Shown: positions 14,508 through 41,295 of the stretch, piece after piece | Position numbering within the stretch: position 1 is the stretch's first letter | Layout: each line of letters opens with the position of its first letter | From: Chrysomallon squamiferum | Taxonomy: Eukaryota > Animalia > Mollusca | NCBI GenBank assembly: GCA_012295275.1 | Contig: CM022665.1 | Span: 14,570,001 to 14,634,000 of the forward strand | Reading direction: 5' to 3' | DNA length: 64,000 nt | Translations under genes and position numbers: made by a program | The notes under the pieces: generated by a model | Database searches by the model: none | Seen by the model: the letters and a program-made list of their open reading frames with translations, nothing else | What the model was told of the DNA's origin: nothing

Positions 14508-15670
14508 CACATTAAATAATTAATTAAATAATTAAATAAATAACTCCAAAACAAAATAAAATTAAGAAGAAGAAGAATAGTAAATAACAGTAAATTCTCT
14601 GCACAACAACAATTCATTTAATTGCATGGATTAATTTAGTTTACCAAAGCGAAAATTTTATCCATCTGGTAAACAACTGTGATCTTCTTCCACCCGTAAT
14701 ATTTCAAGAGGGCCAAACGAGGCTCACAGAAGTTTTCCTGTGATTTGATAATAGTGAACAGGCGTTTATATTTATCTCTTGTTTGTAGGGCTGGGGAGCT
14801 TGAAATATGAGACATCTGAAGAAAAGAGAAAGAAACATATATTCATGTGTTTTATTAGTTTGTTTGTGTGTGTGTGTGTGTGCGTGCGTGCGTGCGCGCA
14901 CCCGCGCGCTGATGCGAACAATTGCGTTTCTGAAGGTTTCTTCTAGAGGGTTATCCGTTTAAATCAAAATCTAGAACATTCTCGAAATGTTTTCTGTCTC
15001 TCTGTGCATATATATACAAGTGTGTCTCTATATTTAAGAGTGTGTTTTTGTGTGTGTGCGAGTGTGTGCATAAACATGTCTGAGGGTCAAACTTTTGAAC
15101 ATGTTTGAAATTCGTCCTAACAGATATCAAACAGTAAAGAAAACGTTTTGACCAAATGTAACAATAAAAATTAATATTATGCCTTGCTGGTTAATTTGTT
15201 TTAAACATCTGCTATTGAATTAATTTGTGGTGACATGTTTTCACGAAATTGTGAACAAACGTAACGAATATTCGGGAACTGTGACGTACAATATAAACTA
15301 CGTCATCGCAGGCACGTGTTTATTACTGGCACTTCATAATTTTGCTTGAAACTGCAAAACGTTATTGATAAAATCTTATTCATTTTGAAAAGACTCTTGA
15401 ATAATGATCAGAAATTCTTTTAAATTAAATTATTATTATTATTATTATTCATTCATTCATTCATTCATTCATTTTTTTTTTTTTTTTTTATTTATTCCCC
15501 CCACCACCAACGGAAACCGTTGTCTGTATTCATATAAATACGTGTGGAGCGTGCATAAGTGCAGCTTTGGCAGTGCAACTATACACAGTGCCAACTGTTA
15601 ATTGCACGAGTGTGCATCTTGCAAAAGCTGCGGGACGGAAGGTCTGGCTTTCTAATTTTCTTTTCTTTCA

Positions 15671-15705
<35 letters not shown>

Positions 15706-17720
15706 GATGAAAACATTTTATTAACGTTAGAAATGTGGCCAGTATTCAAGTCGTTGTCTATCTTTGAATTAATCAGAAATCTTATATCATTGGCAGCGTA
15801 TTTAGCAATTCCCGTGCTTTCTAAAACATCATTTGATGATATTAACAGTTATTCGTGCGTACAGAGGGATGCATATTCGACGGCATACGCACCACTCGCT
15901 CCCAACCATCCCTGCATACAGGCCTCTGTAATAAAGCATGCAAGTAAGCGTACCCTAATAAACAAATGAAATATTTGTTTATTTATCTACCTGTACCAAA
16001 TTCCATCTCCAAGATACCATCGCAGTTGCCTCTGTCACAGTGGAACATGCAGCTCCTAAAACCATTATTTTTTTCGGAGGCCTGTAAAGCTCTTGATACA
16101 AAACATCCAAACCGGTAGCTTGTTCACACTAATAAAACACAACTATTGAAGTTAGGCTGACACACACTAATAAAACAACTATTGAAGTTAGGCTGACACT
16201 ATACTAATAAAACACAACTATTGAAGTTAGGCTGACACACACTAATAAAACAACTATTGAAGTTAGGCTGACACTATACTAATAAAACACAACTATTGAA
16301 GTTAGGCTGACACTATACTAATAGAACACAACTATTGAAGTTAGGCTGACACACACTAATAAAACACAACTATTGAAGTTAGGCTGATACACACTAATAA
16401 AACACAACTATTAAAGTTAGGCTGACACACACTAATAAAACAACTGGTGAAGTTAGTCTGACACTATACTAATAAAACACAACTGGTGGAGTTAGGCTGA
16501 CACACACTAATAAAACACAACTACTGAAGTTAGGCTGACACACACTAATAAAACACAACTGGTGAAGTTAGGCTGACACACACTAATAAAACAACTGGTG
16601 AAGATAGTCTGACACTATACTAATAAAACACAACTGGTGGAGTTAGGCTGACACACACTAATAAAACACAACTACTGAAGTTAGGCTGACACACACTAAT
16701 AAAACACAACTATTAAAGTTAGGCTGACACACACTAATAAACCACAACTGGTGAAATTAGTCTGACACTATACTAATAAAACAACTGGTGGAGTTAGTCT
16801 GACACTATATAATAAAACACAACTGGCGAAGTTAGCCTGACACTATATAATAAAATTAGTAAGGAATTACTAAAACAGAATTACTTTGACATTATGATAA
16901 AAAATTATTACAAAAATATCCAAGTATAAAATTAAACGAACAATACACTACTATTATAGAATTAAACTAACATTACCCTATTACAAAAAATATCCTGGTA
17001 TAGAATTAAACTAAGATTACACTGTTATCGAATCAAACTAACATTACATCATTACAAAAATATCCTGGTGTAGAATTAAACTAACATCACACTGTTACAG
17101 AAATATCCTGGTATAGAATTAAACTAAATATGCATTATTACAGAATTAAACTAACATTAAACTATTACAAAGATATCCTGGCATACAGTTAAACTAGGAA
17201 TACACTATATAAAATTAAACTAACATTGCATCATTACGAAAATATTCTGGTATAGAATTAAACTAACATTACGTTACGGCATTTGCTTCATGCGGGAAGG
17301 TAAATATAATAGATCTCTTTCTGCTAATCAAAAAAGAATAGCCCGTCTCATAATGCAGCGAATGTGTCTATATGGTCCTTAACTATAGTATTTATGTGTG
17401 ACGCCATATGAAAACAGATTTAAAATGTATTCACTTCTTCGCTGTATATTTTCTTTCTACTAGTTTTTCTGATACGTCTTTCGTTACTGTACCTTAGTGT
17501 TGCTCCATCGTACTTTTAATTCATAGCCATTTAGTATGTTCGGATTTGCATTAATATGTTTTAAGGCCAGCTGGCAAGCCTTTAAAAGGTCATATCCACC
17601 GGCCCAACCCCCTTCGAAAGGCAGTAGTCCTATCAAGTTGAGTTCGTGGGCGCAGAAGACTCCAACAGCGAACACAAGAAGAAGAATAACTTGAGACAGC
17701 GATACTGCAGTTTGTGTCAT
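3516..17720 (-). CDS. GABA-B receptor-like class C GPCR, tandem copy B (whole gene, 15 coding exons, ~823 aa)
   Basis: complement(join(3516..3830,4459..4647,5872..6033,6887..7024,7630..7737,8221..8338,8588..8738,8926..9024,9749..9910,11745..12069,12474..12539,12955..13056,14645..14815,15991..16128,17493..17720)). Same intron phases as copy A, and many exon lengths are identical (138,171,66,162,99,151,118,108,189). Confidence 0.92.
4186..4328. repeat. ~36-bp degenerate tandem repeat, 4 copies
   Basis: TATTGG...ATCTTTTAAAGTCTATGGAATA. Confidence 0.75.
4459..4647 (-). CDS. GPCR-B exon 14 (TM6-TM7)
   Basis: VRMKGLRNAETIGFSIYN...CFTMLPK. Confidence 0.93.
5310..5715. mobile_element. Putative MITE in GPCR-B intron 13
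   Basis: TGTGACCCATTCCAGTGAAAGG ... CCATTTCATTGAAGTGAGTCACA, imperfect ~22-bp TIRs. Confidence 0.55.
5872..6033 (-). CDS. GPCR-B exon 13 (ECL2/TM5)
   Basis: LKCSSP...QSSLLLLGLFLAVQTRH. Confidence 0.88.
6887..7024 (-). CDS. GPCR-B exon 12 (TM4)
   Basis: KIKDSHLI...WSATDPLQ; weak acceptor, so the 5' boundary is less certain. Confidence 0.84.
7630..7737 (-). CDS. GPCR-B exon 11 (TM3)
   Basis: LKAFLIIAGFSLTFGPLFAIQWRVYKIF. Confidence 0.92.
8221..8338 (-). CDS. GPCR-B exon 10
   Basis: MIKISSPRLNLITLFGCLLLY...KCQ. Confidence 0.93.
8588..8738 (-). CDS. GPCR-B exon 9 (stalk + TM1)
   Basis: GKVPGDS...ASLGILLTLYLIVFSIKYRNER. Confidence 0.92.
8926..9024 (-). CDS. GPCR-B exon 8
   Basis: NETHMIGTID...SFIWT; 99 nt as in copy A; AAG acceptor. 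Confidence 0.82.
9749..9910 (-). CDS. GPCR-B exon 7
   Basis: INKSIDTFTY...FHGATGKINF. Confidence 0.91.
9953..11421. repeat. Degenerate pentanucleotide satellite (TGTAG/TGTGG)n in GPCR-B intron 6
   Basis: 1.5 kb of 5-nt periodic GTGTA/GTGTG; source of the His/Thr-rich spurious ORFs. Confidence 0.93.
11745..12069 (-). CDS. GPCR-B exon 6
   Basis: AYKRRYYGPHIVWILNGWY...AYDSVWAAAL. Confidence 0.92.
12474..12539 (-). CDS. GPCR-B exon 5
   Basis: NTDCRIIIVELYEDIARNFFCE. Confidence 0.92.
12955..13056 (-). CDS. GPCR-B exon 4
   Basis: TLKEFEKMTKEAGIE...NIQLLK. Confidence 0.88.
13283..14221. repeat. Degenerate pentanucleotide satellite (TGTAG)n in GPCR-B intron 3
   Basis: Same motif and orientation as 9953-11421, more decayed. 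Confidence 0.9.
14645..14815 (-). CDS. GPCR-B exon 3
   Basis: MSHISSSPALQTRDKYKRLF...YGWKKI. Confidence 0.92.
15991..16128 (-). CDS. GPCR-B exon 2
   Basis: CEQATGLDVLY...GAACSTVTEATAMVSWRWNLVQ. Confidence 0.92.
16124..16855 (-). repeat. ~36-39-bp minisatellite (~19 units) containing the branch point and acceptor of GPCR-B exon 2
   Basis: Minus-strand unit TGTGTGTCAGCCTAACTTCAATAGTTGTGTTTTATTAG. Confidence 0.95.
16860..17272. repeat. Degenerate ~22/43-bp minisatellite
   Basis: Recurrent ATATCCTGGTATAGAATTAAACTAACATTAC. Confidence 0.85.
17493..17720 (-). CDS. GPCR-B coding exon 1
   Basis: TTTGCAG|ATG; MTQTAVSLSQVILLLVFAVGVFC signal peptide...WSNTK|GT. Confidence 0.88.
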
Positions 17721-18206
17721 CTGCAAACAAATAAATATTAATAACTCGATTCACTGTATTTTGGTTAAATGAGAAACTGTTTAGAAAGAAAAAGAAATGA
17801 ACAAGAAGAAAACTTTACTAAAAAAGAAATGTTTTCAAAAACAAAATGTATAAACATACACACACACACACACACAACACAACACAACACAACACCCCAT
17901 CAAATAAATAAAAATAAATAAATAAATAAATATTTTTTTAGATATAGTACAGAAATATGAATAAGTAACATACGTATTCATATTTACAATTTCGTTCGTA
18001 ATTATTTTATACATGCCCCCAAAATATATTCAAGTATGTTTATTTTTAATTATTTTTATTTATTTATTCATTTACTTATTTACTTACTTACTTACTTCAT
18101 AATAAAATATCTTCGGTCTTCCGAAATTCTACAGTATTTTGGAGCGTGTTATGTATGCCTCTGTAAATTCTTCAAGAAATGTATTAATGTTTATCAGCTA
18201 TTAGAC

Positions 18207-18491
18207 CAGGGGCGGGCCAGATCCGGCCCGAGAGAAAGCAAAATAAAAATAAATGAAATAGAGCCAGCTGACAGAGCTATTTTTTGATTCAAGTCGTACT
18301 CAAGTTTAAAATGTAAGGTGTCTCGAAGGAACTCGTCGAATTAATAGTGCCCGCATCCGTTAAAATTGAATTTACTGTTTACATAAAATACACGTTTTGA
18401 AATCTTTTTTGTTCTCATTTCATATTCTGGCCCTCATGCTCTTCCTATAAGATCCATCCGGCCCCTGTTTTAAAAAGTTTGCCAGCCCCTG
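18207..18491. mobile_element. Non-autonomous hAT-type DNA transposon (MITE)
   Basis: CAGGGG...CCCCTG termini, subterminal ATCCGGCCC motifs at both ends, 8-bp TSD TATTAGAC/TATCAGAC. Confidence 0.82.
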
Positions 18492-19705
18492 TATCAGACT
18501 GAACATACGTTTTGACCACAGACATCCTAGCAAAGAACGTTCAGATCTTTTTATCAATACATTTTGTAGTTGCACGTTATGCCAACGTCACAGTGTGAAT
18601 TTATGTTATCTCCACATGGCGCAAGAAAGGGTCACTGGGCAGTACTTCCGGGCAACATAAAGGTGTCCTTTAAGATCTTTGGTGGTCATAAAACCTACTA
18701 CCAGTTAAAATGTTTGCCCAGTTTATATTTACTGTTATCATATCACCATTCCCTACAGTTAATATGCCTTACCATTTTGGCAGTTGTAAATTCTTATTAC
18801 ATCTCCCTTTCTTTTTTTGACAGTATATATCAAGCATTTTAGTATTCATAATATTATTTATATAAACTGCCTTTAGGTTTGCATATGAAATATAAATTAA
18901 TTTTGTATTTACATTTGGGACTCTTGTAATCTTTATATTGTATTACAGAATCCGAGGTTCTTCAGGATGAATGTTGCTCTACATTTTCTAATTATGTACG
19001 TATGTGTTTTTTGGGTGTGTGTGTGCGCGCGTGTGCAGTTGTTATCTGATATAAAAATAATATATTTTAATGTATGTTTTAATGATAAAATGTATTACCT
19101 CTACGTCCACTTAACTACTGGCAATTTCTTATAATATGACAAAAAAAAAAATAATATTTTGAAAATATCAAGTCTAAAATTACCGTAACGAAAATAGTAT
19201 CAACATTTATCAGTTTTAAATCTCTGTTGTTGTTGTTGTTGTTGTTGTATTTTACTATTAAATATGGACCAGCAAAATATTAGTAGTAGTAGTGGGAGTA
19301 GTAGTAGCAGTATTTTACTATTACATAAGGACAAGTAATATATTGTTATTATTGTTGTTGTTGTTATTATTATTATTATTCATTATTATATAACAAAACC
19401 TATAGGCTGGTGGATAATTGTGTCATCGCTGGCCAAGTTTCTTATGGGCAACGGGTATGTAAAGTAAAATTGTTTTGTTAATAAAGACATTTTCTGAGAA
19501 GTTAAGGGATCATTTACCAGTTAATACTGTTAAACCGTTTTAAAAGACTTTGTTAATGTAAAGGTTGCTACATTAAATATTAATTCACTAGTGACAAAAA
19601 ACTCCTCGTTAATTATTCTTTAAAAGCTTTTTCAAAAATATAAGATTTTGTATGTAAGATCCTGTGAACCACTGGATGTCTCAGTGTTAGAAATACTTTT
19701 CTTAC

Positions 19706-19780
19706 CTTGATGGAATAAGAATCAACCTTTGTCGTCCAAATGATGCAAAATAAAACAAAATTGCAGATTTTGAAATGTCA
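19706..19780 (-). promoter_or_regulatory. Candidate non-coding first exon of GPCR-B
   Basis: The ATG at 17720 directly follows an acceptor. CAAG|GTAAGA donor at 19706; TGACGTCA (CRE) at ~19812. Confidence 0.38.
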
Positions 19781-19921
19781 GATTATATAAGAATGTATGA
19801 CCCTATTGTGATGACGTCATTTATTTGTATCTTTATTACGTCATAAATCATAATAAACTGTATTATAAAAGAAAGTGAAAACCATGTAGAGATGTTTATA
19901 TTTTTTATTTCTATTGTTTTA

Positions 19922-19965
<44 letters not shown>

Positions 19966-19990
19966 TGATTTATTTTTAATTTTACAACAG

Positions 19991-21119
19991 CAATGAAAAT
20001 CCTCTAAACCGAACACCCTTGGGACCGAATCAGTTGTTCTGTTTAGGGAGGTGTTCGGTTTACTGAGGTTTCAACAAATAGTATAAGGACACGAAATGGT
20101 ACTGTGATAACTTCGAAATGTATCACACTAAACTCAATAACCATTGTGGAATAGAAACAATTAAAATGCAGTGAGTTAAATTCACCGGTCACTTATATAA
20201 ACTCATAAAGTACAAACAGCAACAAATTAACTGGGAAGAGATATACCAATCTCATTCCTAATAAGAACAGTCCAGCTCTTAATTTCTGTTACAAACATAA
20301 AGTAGTTAAACTGAATGACAAAAGCATTTCAAGAGATAACCGAACTCAGCTATGAGACTAGTCCGAGTATCCTCTGGCGGAGAACAGCTCTGACTGACAT
20401 TTGGGTGGATATCGCTCGTTCTCCGCCAGAAATAGGTCTATATCTTTTTTTGAGTAATCTTTCCCAACCGTTCGGTTGGCAACGATTCCGACTAGTATAC
20501 TCATTTAACAATAATTTTGGCTTTGCATTTCCCTTAGATCGGTCATTTTTGAGTTCGCTGGTACCATAAAAAAAATATAATTTATTTGTACATTAACGCA
20601 ACCGCTACGAGAAGAAACCCAAGACCGTTATCATAAAATCACCGATTCCGAAATCTTCGATCTAAATAGTGACGTAACGGTCAGCTGATTAGCACGTGAC
20701 AGCTTTTCAGCGCGATGAAAGCCGAAAAGATTATAGACTTATCTCAGACGGAGAACCAGCGATATCCGTGCAAAAGTCTGTCTGGGCTGATCTCCGCCAG
20801 AGAACTATGATACCAGTTAGAGCACTGTTCTGATGTTTAAATACAACCCAGAAACGCTACGCTGATCATGAGCTAATCATTATTTACAGCCTTTTTGGCA
20901 ACTAATTGGTATAGTCCATAAAGGCAATATACCTTGTCAGGTTTTTGACTGTTTGCCTTTCAGAGATATAAATAAACATAACGGGACCAGATAGTAAATT
21001 CAGTGTAGAGGGGTTTTCGGTTTTCAGGGGTTATTTTAAGTGATTAAAAACTGTGTAAATCACGAGAAAAAGAAATAGATTAGTTTTCGAGGAAATTTCG
21101 GTTTGGATGAATTTCACTA
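19991..21119. mobile_element. Decayed MITE (possibly Tc1/mariner/pogo-type) with a nested insertion
   Basis: Termini CAATGAAAATCCTCTAAACCGAA / TTCGGTTTGGATGAATTTCACTA are imperfect inverted repeats; repeated GGGACC and TTCGGTTT subterminal motifs. Confidence 0.65.
20358..20816. mobile_element. Nested foldback/MITE with ~85-95-bp terminal inverted repeats
   Basis: 20358-20440 is an imperfect reverse complement of 20734-20816. Confidence 0.82.
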
Positions 21120-21732
21120 TATTTGTTTTGTCCTCTTTTTTGCTGGCTTTCTTTTTCTTTTTCTTCTTCTTCTTTTTTTTTTTTTTTTTTTTTTTAATTA
21201 ATTAATTAATTTATTTATTTTTTGTTTCTTTCTCTTTTTTTTGGCGGATGAATACATTTCTTATTATTTTTGTAAAACGAAACGCAAACCGATAAGAAGT
21301 GGGTTTTTTTTTTTTTATATATATATATATATATATATATTTTTAAATTAATTTGTTTATTTACAGAACTTTGTCAACAAAATGAAGGGTACAATTCGAT
21401 TCAAAAGACAGGGAATGGCATCTACGGGTTTCATCTCTGAAATATCCTCATTATAGTATAAATATTATACTAAAACTCTTATGTCTGACACTTAATAACA
21501 GCTGATATCAAAGTGCGGACAAGGGTCGTGAAACCTTCATTATTTCAGTACTTCGTACGTCATCGGAATTATCTCCTCTGAACAGGAAATGTAATATTGC
21601 TCTTCATGCGATTCGTTTGTTAGTTTGTTCTTTCATTCACATTCATTTGCTCGTGCTTTCGTTTATTCCTCAGACAAAATGTTACAACTCTTTTCAGAAG
21701 CGGGCTGCAGATATGAGATACCACATTTAAAA

Positions 21733-35886
<14,154 letters not shown>

Positions 35887-37341
35887 CTGAAAAAAAAAAA
35901 AAAAAAGATTGATAACAACTGTAATAAACGATACTTTTGTTGAAAAAGAGGTAATTGAAATAGATGTATGGTTAGACTGACAGACAGATAGACAGAGATA
36001 TTGACAGATAAAGACGCAGAAAGATAAAACTTATTTATTTTGAAAGCTAACAACCCCCACACACACATTCTAATTATTTAAAATATACGTAATTATATAA
36101 CACTCGCTAGTTATTTTTAGAGAAAACATTCTGTCCCTGTCACGTTTAAAACTGTTTACAGATAATCAGTGTACTATACAAATGATCATTAAGCTTGTTA
36201 ACGAGTTGTTAGAAACTGGCAGTCAGGTATTATGTACCAGCTTGTCTTCTGTTACGTACACAGATAGCTTATCTTAACACAAAACAGTAAAGACCACTCC
36301 TCTAGCTAGTCTTAATTGTGAAGATTGTGTTTGTTTGTGTGTGTGTGTGTGTGTGTATGTGTGTGTGTGTGTTTGTCTGTCTACATATATATGTGTGTGT
36401 GTGTGTGTGTATGTGTGTGTGTGTGTTTGTCTGTCTACATATATATGTGTGTGTGTGGGTGTGTGCGTTATGGATTAACTACAGCTAGGGACTTTTCAGG
36501 ATATAATTCTCTCTCTCTCTCTCTCTCATACTAGTTGTACGTCTTTAAACAATGTATTCATACCGCGGCGAGTTGATAATTATATTTGTGATAATAACAA
36601 CAGTAATGTGGAAATAATGAAGTGAATATTTCCCTATGGAAATTATTTCAGCTGCTTCATCAAGTCGACATTATTATTTTTATGAACTGATATTAATGTG
36701 TGTACTGAATTATTTATATTATACCATTATGTTATGTTGTTCCTAGTGACATTGTATATAAAAACAAAACTCTTGTTATTAACAGCCCAGAGCCACATTA
36801 CATTTTTTAAATAATAATCATAACAATAAATAAATAAATAAATCATCATCATCATCTTCGTCATCATATTATTATTATCACCATCAATATTGGCAAATGA
36901 ATGATGACATCCTTAGCTATCATACCAGTGAAGCATTTATTATAATTGTTATTATTATTATTGCTGTTGTTGTTGCTGTTGCTATTATTATTATGATTAT
37001 TATTATTATCATTGTTCCTTTTATTATAGATAACGGTTGGAACTTACACACACACACACACACATACACACACGCGCGCATGCACACACGCATAAAAACA
37101 ATGATAAAAACCCAAATAGTTGTTCTATAATCATACCATCATCACAAGCAGCAGAAACAACAACAACAATAATAATATTAATATTAATAATAAAAGTAGT
37201 AGTTGTATTAATAGCAGAGCAGTAATAGTAGTAGTGGCATTTGCAGTATTAATAATAGTAGCAGTAGTCGTAGTAGTAATAGTAGTTGTTGTAGTTAATG
37301 GTAACGACAGCGTGGATGAAGATGACATTAACAATACTTAC

Positions 37342-37500
37342 CTTGCAGAATTTCACTTCACTGTAAATTTATAAAGAGTTCAGCACAGAATACTTGAAAA
37401 ACGTATTTGATAGTTGCTGTTTTTAAGACAAATCCACTACGGATTTGTGAAGTATATATTTCAGTTAATCAGAACGGCAGTCTTGCACGCCATTGGTCTA
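37342..37500 (-). promoter_or_regulatory. Candidate non-coding first exon and promoter of GPCR-A
   Basis: The ATG at 35886 directly follows an acceptor, so an upstream exon is needed. Strong AAG|GTAAGT donor at 37342; CCAAT motif ~37490 in CpG-containing unique sequence. Confidence 0.45.
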
Positions 37501-38948
37501 TCCTACGCCAGTCCGAAATGGTTGTTTGTCGTTACGAAGATATTGATCCAAAAAAAAAAAAAAAAAAATTAAATAAATAAATATAAAATAAAATAAGAAA
37601 TAATTTAAAAAATTAATAAAATAAAATAAAATGTAAAATATAAATTAAAATTAAAAATAGTAATAATAAAAAAATAAAAATAAAAATAAAATAAAAATAA
37701 ATTGTAGTTATTTCTGTGGTAAATCACATTTACGACAAAACCATTATGCGTATATTACTGTATTTTAATTTTTTAATTTATTATTCTTGTTTATTTATTG
37801 ATACAAAACAACAACAACTACTACTACTACTACTACTAATAATAATGTTATTGTTATTGTTATATTATTATGATTATTGTTGCCGATTATGTTTAAACAA
37901 TATTTCGTTATTTAATATTGTTTTGTTGGTTTGTTTTTTATTGTTGTTGTTCTTTTTTCAAAGAGGAAAAAAAAAAAAAAAAAAAAATAAAAAAAAAACT
38001 TCTGCCAGTATATTGTAGATCAAATATTAAAAAAGAAAAGAAAAAAGAAGAAGAAGAAAAAAAGGTTTTGATTGAATAGATACCTATTTACTGCAAATAA
38101 ATTATGAATATTTATAAATATATATTTTATGATTTTTATTTTATGTGTACATTCTCTTTTCGTCTGTAATTACAAGGATGCCTCTATAGATATATGCGTA
38201 TTTGTAAGTTTAAGTATCTAATGTACATCTTTATATAACGAATGTACCATCTTGTTAACTGTGTATTACATTTACAGTGTACCTCAAAGGCAGCTGAATT
38301 ATGGCCAGGGTGTAAATATAGTTCAGTTCAGTTTGCGATTTTTTCCCCCTTTCAAACAATGTTAATTAGTGTAAGAGAAATTAAACAGTGAAATGACACA
38401 TAATTATTTGAAACACGGACTGATCCTATTAATTTATATATATATATATATGTATATACGCAAGTACGTGTGAATGTGTGTATATGTAGGTATGTACGTA
38501 TGTACGTATGTACGTATGTACTTATGTACTTATGTACTTAAGCATTTATGTATATATATGTATTCATGTAAATATATATGTGTATGTTTGTGTGATGTAT
38601 GCATGGATGGATGGATGGATGGATGGATGGATGTGTATATGAGTATATGCAGATGTGTTTGTGAAAATGTATGTATGTATACATGTGTATATATATATAT
38701 ATATATATATTTGTATGCATGCATGTTTGTATGTGTGTGTAGTTTGTACGTGTGTCTATACATGTGTATCCGTGCAGACATTATAGAAAGGACCATTCAG
38801 CTGACCTCAGGCTGACTAATTTGTTAATATCTCGCTAATTTAGGTGAAAATGACTGTACTAATGACCATGCCAATGGCATTAATATTGGATTACTGAAAA
38901 TGGAAAATGATGCTAGTAAGCAAAAATTTAATCTGTGCGCTTATTTTT

Positions 38949-39036
<88 letters not shown>

Positions 39037-41239
39037 CTGTCAATGAATATTTAGAAATTAACGTACAAAAGTTATTTGAACAATCAATAATGGGCTGTTG
39101 TTGTGTTTTTGTCGCTAATCAAATGATCCAGAAACCAAAATGATAAAGAAATGGTCAACTAAATTAATAGTCTTTAAGTGTTAAATAATGGTGGTCAGTG
39201 GTCAGTAAACGGTCAAAACAAGACCAGCGAAACTGATTTATAAACAAGTATATACATGCTTGTATCCAAGACACATTTCAGAATGAAGTTACTAAAAACA
39301 AAAGTCTGTTTTCGTAGTAACAAACATCAACTGTTAATTTGTAACCTGATTCCATGGCTGAATTCTAAGCTGTTGTAAAAACTCTGTGGTTTGGTCTAAG
39401 CATAAAACGACATGTCCGTAAATATTAGACATATTATGTTATTAATTATTGTTACTAATGTATTGCTGCTGTTGTTGTTTTCTGTCGAACGGCCACAGAA
39501 ATATTAAAAATAAAATTAGTTATATCATACATCGTTACAAATATTGTTACATGTTGCTGTTGTCGTTGTCAGGGCTGTTATTATTGTTGTATTTTCTGAG
39601 AAAGAAACTTTGCCATCGCATCTCCATAACAATATTTGGTAACTAAATATGTTATATATTATTAAACACAAATAATACGTTGTTCTTATTGTTGTTGTCG
39701 TCGTCGTCGTCGTTGTTTTCTGAAAGAATTTAGTTACAAATCTCTATAATAAAATGGATCAACTAAATCCATAGTGTTTTTTATATTTGTCAGATCGATG
39801 GGATTATTATTATTATTGTTGTTGTTATTGTTGTTAATCCCTGTAATAATTATATTTAATCCTGTTTATTTATTTTAGCTAATTTGATGTATTTGTGTTC
39901 ATAATGAATGTTTCGTAATTATTTTTTTCCTTTGTTTCTGCATGTCTGTTTTTCTTCATTTTTTGTTTTCTTTCTTTCTACTGACTACTTACCAAATCTG
40001 CATTTATTAATACTAATAATACTGTCGTACTAAATATACTGGATACAAGTCGAAATAGTTTTACTTTAATTTTTTAATCGAATTATTACAGTCAACCAAC
40101 ATTTTTATTATAGTTAGCAATTTTAATTTCAGATGATTATTGTTTCATTTGGTTATTTTGTTTTAGTTTTTTCTATTTTGTTTTTGTGGTTTAGATTAAT
40201 GTCTCTTTTATATGTTTTGTCATGTAATAGTTTTGTTGTTAGGTTGGTATAGGTGGTGGTTTGTTGTTTTTAATTTTATTTATTTATTTATTTTAAATAT
40301 TCGTAACAACACCAATAATTTTTAAGTAAACATCCGTACTAAATCATTTTTATATTAATACAGAATATTCCGAGTGTTAAAAGTGACATTCCGAGTGTTA
40401 AAAGAAATCTTGTATAACGCCATAAAGCTATAAACAAAATAAAAAAATAAAAAGTCGGACTTTTACTTGAAAGATCATTTATATAAAAACAAAGGCATCT
40501 ATTCTTAATCGAAATGGATTATACATAAAAGATTTAATTTTTTTTTAAATCTGGGTTTTAAAGACTATTTGCACGAAGAGGATAAAGGCCATAAAGTTGT
40601 TGTAATTTATTTTCTATCAAGACACAGAAGCTTCAAATATGGCGGCTTACGAAGAGGTGCATGCGTACTGTTCAGTTTTTAAGACGCATATCAACAGTCT
40701 CTGTTCTAAGTGAAATGATTCCAACGGCGATTTAAATGCATTTTGACTATTGCAGCTTAAAAATAATTTAAATAATGCAATTTTATGCCTTGTCACAAGT
40801 TTTTGCTTTTTTGTTATTTTGTTTATTTATTTATTTATATTAAACTATAATTGATCATGGTTGCATGAAGTTAAATTTAAGAAAATGCTCCTTCTACCAA
40901 GTATACAAAACAAGCACTGCATCTACAGAAAATACAGTTTTCATAAGAATCGTGTTCAGACAGCGTTCATTGAAAGCTTTGAGATCTTGTGCAGGTACCG
41001 AATAATTTATCGGGCATGCTTGGGACGGGAGGTTGATCGGTTTTGTGGACTTAAAATATAAAATAAGCAATGAAAAAAAAAAAAAAAAAAAAAAAAAAAA
41101 TGAAAAAACCTGAATCTTTAATTAACAGATACAAATTATTATACTCTAAAATATGATCTGTTTGGTCTTTATTAATCCACTGAGTTCTTAAAATACCTTT
41201 ACAGAATACCATGCGCTGTTACTATAAACAGGATGAAAA

Positions 41240-41295
41240 TTAAACGAAGAAAAGAAAGAACATAATTTTTATTTAAAAGATACATGTACAAATAA
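41240..41295 (-). terminator. Candidate distal polyadenylation site of TMEM135 (~5-kb 3'UTR)
   Basis: AATAAA at 41273-41268, upstream TGTA motifs and downstream U-rich tract; coincides with the end of the CpG-poor domain. Confidence 0.33.

Noticed and set aside
16124-16855. CRISPR-like array of ~37-bp repeats
   Set aside because: Units are contiguous with no unique spacers, there are no cas genes, and the context is a eukaryotic intron.
36325-39143. Numerous CV/HT/LLL/NNN-rich short ORFs here and throughout the window
   Set aside because: Translations of (GT)n, (CA)n, (AAT)n and (GA)n microsatellites.
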